Both the position numbers and the translations under genes were made by a program. This document shows positions 9,582 through 19,005 of a stretch of DNA of 64,000 nt, piece after piece. Under the pieces are notes generated by a model that was given only the letters and a program-made list of their open reading frames with translations, ran no database searches and was not told the DNA's origin. Source of the DNA: Candidatus Dormiibacterota bacterium (GTDB lineage Bacteria; Chloroflexota; Dormibacteria; Aeolococcales; Aeolococcaceae); the NCBI GenBank assembly GCA_963808125.1, contig CAWEEP010000056.1, positions 19,759-83,758 of the forward strand, given 5' to 3'. How positions within the stretch are numbered: position 1 is the stretch's first letter; each line of letters opens with the position of its first letter.

Positions 9582-11088
9582 TCACAGGGCGGGCGCTGGC
9601 GTCTCTCCCTCCCCGACCAACTCGGGGGCGAGGTCCAGGTGCACGGTGCCCACCTCGGCGACGCGGTCGGGATGGGTCTGGTAGAGGTAGACCATGTAGC
9701 CGATTCCCAGCAGCATCCAGACGCCCATGGCCGGCCCCATGTAGGAGTAGGGCGGCGGCAGCGGCGAGATGAAGTTGAAGATCGGGATGCCGGCGCCGCT
9801 GAACCAGGCCGGGATGAAGGCGACGATGCCGAGGATGGGGACGACGATGTGCAGGAACCAGTTCACCTTGCGGCCGCGCGTCCTGATGAAGTATCCCATG
9901 CACGCGGCGTTGACGACGAGGTAGATGGCGACCAGTAGCACAACGATGCCGGTGCCCACCATGGCGAAGGCCACGAACGGGTTGTACTTGACGCCGAGGC
10001 CCACCGACACGGCGATGGAGACGATGAAGGCGGTGAGGAGTCCCCACTGCGGTGTCCGATGGCGGTGATGCACCGTCGAGAAGAACTTCGGAAAGGCGCC
10101 GATGCGGCCCATGGCGTACGCGGTCCGCGTCGAGGCGGTGACACCGGCGTTGGAGTTGGCGATGGTGGAGTTGACGATGGCGAGGAAGACGAACAGCCAG
10201 AAGATCCCGTACGAGGCCGTGGCGATGCCCTGCCAGGACGAGGCGCCGGCGCTGCTGAAGGAGGCGAACTTGCCGGGTCCGAAGACGACGTCGGCGGCGT
10301 AGGTGGTGAAGACGTAGATGATGCCCACGCCGAGGGTCGCCCCCAGGACGGCCCGGCGCACCGTCTTGCGCGGATCCTTCGCCTCTTCGGCGAGCGGTGC
10401 AGCGCCCTCGAAACCTCCGAAGGCGAGGATGGTGAACACCGATCCCGCGATGACGCCGCTCAGCCCGCTGAAGTGGGCCGGCGTGTACTTGGCGGTGAAG
10501 ACGGTCAGCGTGTTGGCGCTGCCCGCCTTGACGATGAAGAGGATGGCGAGGACGACGAAGACGACGATCTCGAAGCTTCCGAGGATCGTGCCCATGCGCG
10601 CCGAGGTGCGGATGCCGTAATAGCCGGCGGCGAGAACGATGAGCGCGCCGGCGATGGTGAACAGCCACCAGAGGTTCGTGGAGAAGCCCGAAGTCGTACT
10701 GGTGCACGGTGGCGGCGACGGTGTAGCCGAGCTGGAGGAGCACCAGCGGCGGGATGAGGCCGGCTGCGGCGACGTACGCCCAGTTGACCAGGAATCCCAG
10801 CGACGGATGCAGCCCCCGAGCCGTGTAGGTGCCCATCGAACCGGCCGAGGGAAGCTCCCTGGCCAGTTCACCGACACACGAGGCGCACAGCAGGCAGGCG
10901 ACGAGGGCGATCAACACCGAGAGGGGCAGGGCGCCGCCCGCGAAGGCGACACCGGCGGGGATCGACGCCGCGATCGCCGCCCCGGGCGCCATGTCGGTGA
11001 CGCTCTGGAAGAGGACCTCTCTCAGGCCGATGGCCCCGCGCCGGAGGCCAAGGTTGCTTGAAGCGAGCTCGGATGCAATCAGAGTCAT
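9582..11088 (-). CDS. APC-superfamily amino-acid permease (frameshift about 10696)
   Basis: The N-terminus MTLIASELASS..LREVLFQSVTDMAPGAAIA.. lies in ORF 9511..11217, and the remainder is in ORF 9582..10877. At the junction ..TVHQYDFG/FSTNLWWLFTIAG there is an apparent extra base in a GGG/CCC run at 10695-10697. Confidence 0.8.
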
Positions 11089-11249
11089 GGGAATCCCCCG
11101 CGTGTGCTGATTGCCCGGTGACGGTAACAGGCGGCGACGCGGGGTGTCAACGCGCTTCGGTTTGCCTCGGCAAAGCCCAGAACGCGGCGGCGCAGGCCGG
11201 GTTCCCGCACCGCTCACCGCGTCGCATCGCCGACCGCGAATCGTACCGG

Positions 11250-12071
11250 CTAGGCGGTTGCGGCCTCGCCGCGGACGTCGGTGCGCGTCACCGAAAGGTA
11301 GACGACGCAGATGACGATGAGGGCGGCGAGGTCGAGGGCGACGGGGAGATCACCCCATCCCAGCGCCCCCCAGCTGCGCGGCTTGCCCATCCAGTCGGCG
11401 AACGACGCGCCCAGCGGCCGGGTGACGATGTAGGCGAACCAGAACGACAGGATGGCGTTGAGCCCGAAGAGCCGGTGGGCGATGGCGGGGACGCCGATGA
11501 GGGCGGTGAAGACCAGGCCGGACAGCAGGTATCCGAGGTGCAGGGTCGTCGCCGTCATATCGCCCGCGGCCGTGCCCAGAGCGAACGTCGCCATGACGGT
11601 GGCCCAGTAGAAGGCCTCGCGGTGCCAGGTGGTGATGCTGTGGATGGAGAGCGTCCTCTCCGTCCGCCGCCACAGGGCGAAGACGGCGGCCAGCACGACG
11701 GCGAAGAAGGCGGTCGAGACCACATAGGGAATGCCGAACTCGATGTGCAGCACGTCGGCGGCCATGGTGCCGGCGACGGCGACCATGACGACGGCAAGCC
11801 AGTACACCCACGCCACGTACCGGCGCCTGGAGAACTGCAGCGCCAGGGCGAGGACGAGGCCGGCGCCGCCGAGCCCCACGGCGATGAAGGGGTCGATGCT
11901 GTGGACGAGGGAGTCGGAGGTCGATTCGCCCATCGCCGTGGTCAGCACCTTGGTGATCCAGAAGACGGCAGTGATCTCCGGCACCCGCCTCCTCGCCGGT
12001 GCCGCGCTGCGCACCAAGAGCGCGGCGCGGGAGCGGTCGCGCGCGGGTGTGCTCATCGGGGGAACGGTCAT
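11250..12071 (-). CDS. polytopic membrane protein of unknown function (COG4705-like)
   Basis: Intact ORF 11250..12122, with a probable start at MTVPPMS. It has multiple TM helices (ITAVFWITKVLTTAMGES..). Confidence 0.6.
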   Translation of the reverse strand: MTVPPMSTPARDRSRAALLVRSAAPARRRVPEITAVFWITKVLTTAMGESTSDSLVHSIDPFIAVGLGGAGLVLALALQFSRRRYVAWVYWLAVVMVAVAGTMAADVLHIEFGIPYVVSTAFFAVVLAAVFALWRRTERTLSIHSITTWHREAFYWATVMATFALGTAAGDMTATTLHLGYLLSGLVFTALIGVPAIAHRLFGLNAILSFWFAYIVTRPLGASFADWMGKPRSWGALGWGDLPVALDLAALIVICVVYLSVTRTDVRGEAATA

Positions 12072-12340
12072 GTCGAAGTCGCGCCCCGTGGGTGATCCGC
12101 CTCGTCGTCGCAAACCTAGCATCTCCCGGCGCGGGCGCGCCCCCTGCCCAAACCCCGCGGCGAGGCCGCCGCATCGGCGCCTCCGTCCGGGACTTCCCCC
12201 ACTCCCGGCATGGCACCCGGGGCCGTCGGAGATGACGCTTCGTCACCGAAAGCGGCGCACCGCGGCCACGTTTCGTTCAACGGCGGCCGCCTCCACTAGA
12301 GTTCGTGCAGCCGTCCCCCCGCCCTCAATGAGGACCCTCA

Positions 12341-13114
12341 GTGCCCGCAGAGACGCCCGCGGAGCCCGTCCCGGCGCCCCACCCCGACCCCTCCCCCACT
12401 CCTCGCTTCACGGCGAGCCGGCCACCCCGGGGCCTCCGATTCCTCCTCTTCGGCCGCGCCCTCCCCACCGCCTTCTACGGGCTCCTCGTCTACCTCCAGT
12501 TCCACTTCTTCACCGACGTCGCCGGCACCGCGTACCACCACCCCTCGCCGCTCACCCTGCTCAACGCGACGGGCAACTTCTTCTACCTCGTCTTCTCCGT
12601 CATCCCCGTCGTCATCTTCTTCACCCGGCCTGCCCCCAAGAGCTACCTCGGCAGCTTCCCAGCCCGTTTCGCCGCCTTCGCCGGCACCACCATCCAGCTC
12701 GGCATCGGCATCTTCATCAACCTGGAGAAGGGCCGGTTCCAGGGCCCGTCGCTCTATCCGACGGGAGACGTCACCGCCTACATCAAGGCGTTCGCCATCG
12801 TCGCCGGCTTCGCCTTCGCCGTCTACGCCATCGCCTACCTGAGGTACGGATTCAGCATCGTGCCGCAAGCGACGTCCCTGGCCACGCAGGGGCCGTACCG
12901 CGTGTGCCGACATCCCCTCTACCTCGCCGAGCTCACCGCCGCGTTCGGCGGGTCGCTGCAGGACTCGCGCCTGCTCCCCGTCCTCGGTTTCTTTGCCCTC
13001 CTCGGCCTGCAGCTGATGCGCACCCGGTACGAGGAGCGCCTCCTCCGCTCTCACTTCCCCGAGTACGCCGCCTACGCCAAGACCACCAAGCGCCTCGTCC
13101 CAGGCGTCTTCTGA
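12341..13114 (+). CDS. ICMT/phospholipid-methyltransferase-family membrane protein
   Basis: Intact 257 aa ORF with a GTG start. It is polytopic, and its C-terminal part QGPYRVCRHPLYLAELTAAFG matches the RHPxY signature of the family. Confidence 0.7.
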   Translation: MPAETPAEPVPAPHPDPSPTPRFTASRPPRGLRFLLFGRALPTAFYGLLVYLQFHFFTDVAGTAYHHPSPLTLLNATGNFFYLVFSVIPVVIFFTRPAPKSYLGSFPARFAAFAGTTIQLGIGIFINLEKGRFQGPSLYPTGDVTAYIKAFAIVAGFAFAVYAIAYLRYGFSIVPQATSLATQGPYRVCRHPLYLAELTAAFGGSLQDSRLLPVLGFFALLGLQLMRTRYEERLLRSHFPEYAAYAKTTKRLVPGVF

Positions 13115-13123
13115 GGCAGGCGC

Positions 13124-13357
13124 TCAGCCGTCCGCCCCGCCGCCCCGGCGCCGGGCGCGCGCCTCCACGGCGACCCGGCGGGCGCTGACCCAGAGGCCAG
13201 TCAGGACGAGGGCCGGCGTCGCCCACCAGGCGGCGACCCGGACCTGGACGAGGAGCGCGCAGAGGCCGAGACCGGCCACCACGGCCACCGCCAGGTACCA
13301 GTCGTCGCCGACCACGAAGTCCCACCAGAAGAGGGCGAACGCCCGAACACGCGTCAC
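13124..13357 (-). CDS. small 2-TM membrane protein, translationally coupled to the upstream gene
   Basis: 77 aa ORF. Its GTG start overlaps the upstream stop (GTGA at 13354-13357). It has two hydrophobic helices. Confidence 0.45.
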   Translation of the reverse strand: MTRVRAFALFWWDFVVGDDWYLAVAVVAGLGLCALLVQVRVAAWWATPALVLTGLWVSARRVAVEARARRRGGGADG

Positions 13358-14130
13358 GCCCCGCCCACCGGCAGGGCGGCGGCCCGCCCCGTCGCGGCCG
13401 GCCGGCCGGCGACACGCCGGAGCGAGCCGACCATGGCGAGGGCGACGGCGAGGACCGCCGGGGTGATGCCCAGCAGCGCCGCATCGCCGCCGGGCCAGGA
13501 CGCCCCCGCCCCCTCGGTTCCCCAGAACATCCCGAAGCTGGTGAGCAATGCCCCCACGGCGAACTTCATGGTGTTCTCGGGAACGCGGGCCAGCGGAGCC
13601 CGCACCAGTAGGGCGGCGGCGAGCACGACGATGACCGCCGCCGCGGCGGCGAGGGCCGCGTCGAGGATGCGCCCCTGGTTGGCGCCGAAGGTGACGACGA
13701 TGAAGGCGACCTCCAGCCCCTCGAGGAGGACGCCCTTGAAGCAGACGGTGAATCCGTAGGCGTCGAAGGCGCGCGGCGAAAGGGAGACGGCGGCAGCCTC
13801 CGAGCGCTGGTCGAGGAAGGCTCTCTCCTCGTCGTGCCGGTTCTTCAGCCCGGCGGTGCGGAGGATCGCCGACCGCAGCCAGCCGAGACCGAAGACGAGC
13901 AGCAGCGCCCCCACCACCAGTCGCAGCGCAGAGATCGGGACGAGGCTCAGCGCCGGGCCCAGGGCGGCGACGATGACGGCGAGGACGCCCAGGGCGGCGG
14001 CTGTGCCGATCAACCCGGATCGCCAGCCGCGGGTCAGGCCGACTGCCAGGACAATGGTGGTGGCCTCGACCGCCTCCACGCAGCAGGCGAGGAACACGGC
14101 GGCCAGCAGCGCGACGAGTCCGGCGCTCAC
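13354..14130 (-). CDS. polytopic membrane protein (COG4280 / GDT1-TerC-like)
   Basis: ORF 13354..14211. I chose the start at VSAGLVALLAAVF (14130) to avoid overlapping the permease upstream. It has repeated TM pairs with an E-containing motif (CCVEAVEATT, LLEGLEVAFIV). Confidence 0.55.
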   Translation of the reverse strand: MSAGLVALLAAVFLACCVEAVEATTIVLAVGLTRGWRSGLIGTAAALGVLAVIVAALGPALSLVPISALRLVVGALLLVFGLGWLRSAILRTAGLKNRHDEERAFLDQRSEAAAVSLSPRAFDAYGFTVCFKGVLLEGLEVAFIVVTFGANQGRILDAALAAAAAVIVVLAAALLVRAPLARVPENTMKFAVGALLTSFGMFWGTEGAGASWPGGDAALLGITPAVLAVALAMVGSLRRVAGRPAATGRAAALPVGGA

Positions 14131-14146
14131 GATGGCCGCACCTCCG

Positions 14147-14935
14147 CTAGGGGATGTCCCGCCGCAGGGTGAGCAGCCACCCGAGCCCGGCGAAGAACAG
14201 CCCCCAGCCAAGGCTCACCAGACCACCTTGGAGCTGCGTCAGCGAGCCCCCGGGGAAGCCTCCCGATCCCGGGTCGACGAGCGCGTTGGATGCGGAGCCG
14301 GGGAGGAACCGGTAGGCGTCGTTGACGTAGGGGATCACCGAGAGCAGGGGCTCGACGATGAGGAAGTAGGCAAGGGCGCCGATGACGGCCGCGATCTGGT
14401 TGCGCACCAGGACGCCGATGCCGACACCGACGACCGCGGAAATCGCCACCGCGACAAGGGCGCCGGCCAGCGTGCGCAGCACGCCGTTGCCAGTCCAGCC
14501 GATGGTCACGCCCCGCGCCGCCAGCCACGGCACCGTGATGGCGACGACGGTGAGGACGCACGCCACCGCATAGATGAGCCCAACGGCCGCGGCGACGATC
14601 AGCTTGGCCGCCACGACGTGCCCGCGACGCGGCTGGACGAGGAAGGTCGGCCTCGCGGTCAGGTGACGGAACTCCGTGGTCACCAGGATGATGCCGACGA
14701 CGGCGGCGAAGATCCCGGCGGCCGCCGCCGTCGAAGCGATGTTCCGCTGCGTCGCCGGCTGGCTGAGCAAGTCGGGGGCGACGAAGCCTGGGGGACCACC
14801 CGAGTGGACGTTCAGAGCACTGGCGATCTGGCTGACGACGCCGAGAGCGGTGAGGGCGACGCAGCCGATCAGCATCCCCCACCACAGCTTCGTGGTCAGG
14901 ACCTTGCGCCACTCCGAGCGCAGCAGGCGGGTCAT
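14147..14935 (-). CDS. ABC-2-type transporter permease
   Basis: Intact 262 aa ORF with 6 predicted TM helices. It overlaps the upstream ATPase gene by 4 nt. Confidence 0.75.
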   Translation of the reverse strand: MTRLLRSEWRKVLTTKLWWGMLIGCVALTALGVVSQIASALNVHSGGPPGFVAPDLLSQPATQRNIASTAAAAGIFAAVVGIILVTTEFRHLTARPTFLVQPRRGHVVAAKLIVAAAVGLIYAVACVLTVVAITVPWLAARGVTIGWTGNGVLRTLAGALVAVAISAVVGVGIGVLVRNQIAAVIGALAYFLIVEPLLSVIPYVNDAYRFLPGSASNALVDPGSGGFPGGSLTQLQGGLVSLGWGLFFAGLGWLLTLRRDIP

Positions 14936-15924
14936 GCCGGCGCTCCGGGTTGCCCGGGATCGGCGGTGAGCGCCAGGAACCGCTGTTCCAGCGTCGAGCC
15001 CTCGTCACGCAGCTCGTGCAACTCGACGTTGGCCTGCCAGCACGCGTGCCCGGCGGCGGCTGCGGAGATGCCGGTGACCAGAAGCCATCCGCTGCCGCGA
15101 TCGGTGACGGACGCGCCCTGGGCGTCCAGCGCGGCCGTCGCCGCCCCGACCGCCGGCGTCCGCAGGATGACGGCGGACTGGCCACCCGGCAGGTCGCGCA
15201 GCGTGCCCGCGTAGAGGAGGTGCCCCCGGGCGATGATGACAACGCGGTCGACAATCTGCTCGACCTCGGAGAGGACATGGCTGGAGATGAGAATGGTGCG
15301 GCCCTCGGTGTCCGCCATGTAGCGAAGCAGCTGTCGAAGCCAGGCGATGCCCTGGGGGTCGAGGCCGTTGGCGGGCTCGTCGAGGAGGAGCACACGCGGA
15401 TCGCCGATGAGCGCGGTGGCAAGGCTGAGCCGCTGGCGCATGCCCAGCGAGAAGCGCCCCACCGGGAATCGGGCCGCACCGCTCAGACCCACGACATCCA
15501 GCACCTCGTCCGCCCGCCGGTCGGCAACGCCCGCGGCGGCGCAGAAGACGCGGAGATGGTTGCGCGCCGTGCGCCCCGGGTGAAAGCTCGTCGCCTCCAG
15601 GACCGCGCCGACGGTGCGCGCGGGATCGGCGAGATCGGCGTATCGCGAGCCTCCGATGGTGGCGACTCCCGCTGTCGGCGTGGCCAGCCCGAGGATCATC
15701 CGCAGGGTGGTCGTCTTGCCCGCGCCGTTGGGGCCGAGGAAGCCCGTCACCGTCCCGGGCTCGACGGTGAAGCTGAGGTCGTCGACCGCCCTCACCGTGC
15801 CGAAATCCTTGCTGAGGCGCGAGGTGACGATGCCCGGAGCCGCCATCGTCCCCGCGAGCTGACCGCCCCCGGCTGCCGTCTCTCCCTCCGGCCTGGCGTC
15901 GTGCCCTTCCAGTTCCGTCATGTG
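14932..15924 (-). CDS. ABC transporter ATP-binding protein
   Basis: Walker A GPNGAGKTT, signature FSLGMRQRL, Walker B LLLDEPANGLD and H-loop SSHVL. I chose the start at MTELEG (15924); the ORF track begins at 15966. Confidence 0.9.
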   Translation of the reverse strand, partial: HMTELEGHDARPEGETAAGGGQLAGTMAAPGIVTSRLSKDFGTVRAVDDLSFTVEPGTVTGFLGPNGAGKTTTLRMILGLATPTAGVATIGGSRYADLADPARTVGAVLEATSFHPGRTARNHLRVFCAAAGVADRRADEVLDVVGLSGAARFPVGRFSLGMRQRLSLATALIGDPRVLLLDEPANGLDPQGIAWLRQLLRYMADTEGRTILISSHVLSEVEQIVDRVVIIARGHLLYAGTLRDLPGGQSAVILRTPAVGAATAALDAQGASVTDRGSGWLLVTGISAAAAGHACWQANVELHELRDEGSTLEQRFLALTADPGQPGAPA

Positions 15925-15928
15925 CGCA

Positions 15929-16609
15929 TCATGCCTGCCGGCGCGCCGTCGCGTGGCCCTCGCCACGCAGGAGGCGCTCCGCGATCTGCTCGCCCTGTGC
16001 CCTCGCCAGCAGGTGGCCCGCGGCCAGTTCCTGGTCGGCGCGGTCGCGCAACGCCTCCATCGCCGGGGTCACCTGCGCCAGCGTCAACTCGACGACGGTC
16101 GTCTCCAGGTCGAGGTCCCAGATGTCCACGAAGATCCGCCGCAGCCACGGCGTGCTGTGGTCCCATCCGTGCCGGGGCGCGCCCTCTCCGTACCCGCCGC
16201 CCCGGGCGAGGACCAGGATCGCCGGCTTGCGCGACAGCACCCGCTCGCCGGCCGCCTTCAGCCGCGCGTCGGTGATGACGACGTCGATCCACGCCTTGAC
16301 GTGCTGCGGCACCCCGAAGTTGTACAGGGGGATGGCGAAGAGCAGCGCGTCCGCGTCGACCAGCTCGTCCACCAGCGTGGTGGCCAGATCGAGGGCATCG
16401 CGCTGCGCCGGCGTCATCGGCGCGGACGCCGCCTTGGCGGCGATGGCGTCAACCCAGGTGCGGGCCGGCAGCGGCTCCCGGCCCAGGTCCCGGCGGATCA
16501 CCGTGAGGTCGGGGATGCGGCTGCGCAGACCGCTCACCGCGCTGTCGGCGACGCTGCGGCTGACAGACCCCTTGTGGCGGATGCTTGCGTCGACGCGGAG
16601 CAGCTTCAT
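15929..16609 (-). CDS. azoR: FMN-dependent NADH-azoreductase
   Basis: Intact 226 aa ORF with MKLLRVDASIR..SVSR and ALLFAIPLYNFGVPQHVKAWID, typical of the AzoR/flavodoxin-like fold. Confidence 0.8.
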   Translation of the reverse strand: MKLLRVDASIRHKGSVSRSVADSAVSGLRSRIPDLTVIRRDLGREPLPARTWVDAIAAKAASAPMTPAQRDALDLATTLVDELVDADALLFAIPLYNFGVPQHVKAWIDVVITDARLKAAGERVLSRKPAILVLARGGGYGEGAPRHGWDHSTPWLRRIFVDIWDLDLETTVVELTLAQVTPAMEALRDRADQELAAGHLLARAQGEQIAERLLRGEGHATARRQA

Positions 16610-16769
16610 CGGCCCGGTCCGGTCACGCGATGTCCGCCTCGATCCGCAGCGTCGTCGCCGGTCACGTCACCTCCACTGGCGCGGGTGGCCACGGCCCTCC
16701 GCCGCGGCGCCTCCACAGGATACCAGGGGAACCGTGGGACCCCCACCCGCCCCGGGTCGCCCGCAGCCG

Positions 16770-17963
16770 TCAGTAGATGAAGCCCTCGACGTCCACCAGG
16801 CTGTTCACGGGGCGCTGATCGGGGACGGTCGGATTCCATCCGAAGTTGGCCTCGTCGACGGCGAAGCTGGTGGGGCCATACACGATGGCGACGTAGGCCA
16901 CGTGACCGTAGAGGTAGTTGTAGCCATAGCCAGGGCCCCACACCACGATGGCGCCGACCTCAGGCGTCATCCCCGTCGAGTACCCCTGGGCCTGGGCCGC
17001 GCCGAGCCATTGGTCTGCGTTGCCACCCCAGGTCACGTAGCGCAGGGAGGCCACGTACCAGGTGCACTGGCCATACGGGTAGTAGTCGGGGATGGGACCG
17101 AAGGCGAACGGGGGAAGGGGCTGCGTACCCGTCGGGTTGGGGTTGCCCCCCGACGAAGACGACGACCCCGCCGCTGCCGCAGCAGCCGCCGCCGCCGCCG
17201 CAGCAGCAGCCGCGGCCGCCGCCTGCTGCTGCGCGCGCACGCCGGCGATCTGGTCGAGGATCGATGAGCGCTGGGACACGAGGGTGGTGACCTGCCCACT
17301 CAGCGACGCGACCTCCGTCTGCAGCTCTGCCTGCTGCGCCTGCAGCTGCGCCTCGAGCGTGGTGAGCTGCGCCGACTGCTGCGTCGCATCGGCGAGCTCC
17401 GTCTGTTGGGTCTGGAGAAGGCTGTCGAGCCGCGCCTCATCCTGGTGGATCTGGTCGATCAGCGACGTGATCCGTGCGCCCACCGCCTGATCGCTGCCGA
17501 CCCTCTCCATGAACTGGGTGAGGCTCTGGCTGTCGACAAGGGCGTCGACGGCGCTCTCCCCTCCCACCGTGTAGAGCGCCACGGCGACGGTGGCGAGCTG
17601 CGCCCGGGCGGCGCCAACCTGCGCGGTGTCGGCCTGGATCGCCTCGGCCGTCTGGGCCAGGCTCGTGTTGAGCGCCGTGATCTGGGCCTGGACCGCCTGG
17701 AGCTGCGCCTGCGTGGTGGCGACATCCTGCTGGGCGGCGAGCACCTGGGCGTTCAGGCTGGACTGCTGCCCCTGCAGCGAGTCGATCTGGCTGCCCAGGG
17801 AGTTGTACTGCGCCTGGAGCTGAGCGATCTGCTGGTCGTAGGCGTCGGCCAGCCGGAGCGGCAGCGCGGCCTGGCGCGCCGCCATGGGCGAGATCGCCAC
17901 GAGGCCGGCGCCAACGAGGATCGCCAGCGCGAGGCGGCGGACGATGCGGTCGACACGGCGCAT
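16770..17963 (-). CDS. secreted PcsB-like protein: signal/TM, long Q/A-rich coiled coil, poly-Ala/Ser linker, C-terminal CHAP peptidoglycan hydrolase domain
   Basis: The start MRRVDRIVRRLALAILVGAGL is at 17963. The C-terminus has YGQCTWYVA (Cys) and YGHVAYV (His), the CHAP catalytic motifs. Confidence 0.8.
   Translation of the reverse strand: MRRVDRIVRRLALAILVGAGLVAISPMAARQAALPLRLADAYDQQIAQLQAQYNSLGSQIDSLQGQQSSLNAQVLAAQQDVATTQAQLQAVQAQITALNTSLAQTAEAIQADTAQVGAARAQLATVAVALYTVGGESAVDALVDSQSLTQFMERVGSDQAVGARITSLIDQIHQDEARLDSLLQTQQTELADATQQSAQLTTLEAQLQAQQAELQTEVASLSGQVTTLVSQRSSILDQIAGVRAQQQAAAAAAAAAAAAAAAAAAGSSSSSGGNPNPTGTQPLPPFAFGPIPDYYPYGQCTWYVASLRYVTWGGNADQWLGAAQAQGYSTGMTPEVGAIVVWGPGYGYNYLYGHVAYVAIVYGPTSFAVDEANFGWNPTVPDQRPVNSLVDVEGFIY
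17169..17222 (-). repeat. (GCN)18 tract encoding 18 consecutive alanines inside the CHAP protein
   Basis: Read directly from the sequence; it is in frame with the stop at 16770. Confidence 0.95.
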
Positions 17964-18202
17964 GGGATGTTCTGTCCTGCCTTGAGGGTTCGGCCACGGG
18001 AACGTAACAGACGTGCCGCGGTTCTCCGATGGCATCTCCGTGAAGAGATGCCCGCGCTTGTCACGACGGTGCAACGATCTCCCGGCAAGGCCCCTTCCCG
18101 GAATTCGGAGGCGATTCCGGAGTGCCGGACCTCGGCCCCCGCAGAACCAGCACCGTGGCGCTGCACCGGCCACGGCCGGCAGTGGTGCTAGATTGGACGT
18201 CG

Positions 18203-18982
18203 ATGGCAGCCAGCCGGCCCAACGTCCTCTTCGTGCACGGCATGTACATGAACGCCGAGAGCTGGGCGCCCTGGGTGGAACGCGCCGGCGCTGCGGGGTT
18301 CGACGGTCTCGCTCTGTCGTGGCCATACCACAATGGCGAGCCCGAGGAATTGCGGCGGCACCTCGATCCCAAGCTCGGATCGCTCACCTTCGGCCGCGTC
18401 GTCCAGCATTTCGTGGACATCATCGCCGGCCTCCCCGAACCGCCTCTCGTCATCGGACACTCAGTGGCAGGGCTGGTGGTCCAGCGGCTTGTCAACGACG
18501 GCCATGTCCGAGCCGGTGTCGCCATCAGTTCGGCGCCGGCGCGGGGCATCATCTCCCTCGACCCGCACTTCTTCCGGGCGAACTTCCCCCATGTCAACCC
18601 CTTCGCCGGCAGCCGACCGGTGGTGATGACGCGCGACCGTTTCCACTACGCGTTCTGCAACACCATGAGCCGCGCGGCCAGCGACGTGGGCTTCGAGCGC
18701 TACGTCGTGCCGGAGAGTCGCAACGTCCCGCGCAGCACGCTGAGCCGCAGCGGCGGGATCCGCTTCCACCGCGACCACGCGCCGCTCCTCTTCCTCACCG
18801 GCGACAGCGATCACCTCTGCCCCCTCAACACCGTTCGGCGCAACGCCGCAGCGTACCGGCGGTCACCCAGCCCAGTCAGCCTCCAGACCTTCCCCGGCCG
18901 CTGCCACTTCATCTGCAATCAGGACGGCTGGGAGGAGGTGGCCGATGCCGCCTTCGGTTTCCTCCGCGCGGCGACCGCATAG
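18203..18982 (+). CDS. alpha/beta-fold hydrolase
   Basis: Begins MAASRPNVLFVHGMYMN, with nucleophile elbow GHSVAG. Intact. Confidence 0.75.
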   Translation: MAASRPNVLFVHGMYMNAESWAPWVERAGAAGFDGLALSWPYHNGEPEELRRHLDPKLGSLTFGRVVQHFVDIIAGLPEPPLVIGHSVAGLVVQRLVNDGHVRAGVAISSAPARGIISLDPHFFRANFPHVNPFAGSRPVVMTRDRFHYAFCNTMSRAASDVGFERYVVPESRNVPRSTLSRSGGIRFHRDHAPLLFLTGDSDHLCPLNTVRRNAAAYRRSPSPVSLQTFPGRCHFICNQDGWEEVADAAFGFLRAATA

Positions 18983-19005
18983 CGTCCTCGCGAGGTGCGA
19001 ACCGG

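Noticed and set aside
17169-17222. Possible CRISPR or other tandem-repeat array
   Set aside because: The only conspicuous tandem repetition seen is this in-frame GCN tract, plus Pro/Gly-rich coding low complexity (for example 33950-34240 and 48040-48330). I saw no repeat-spacer periodicity anywhere in the window.
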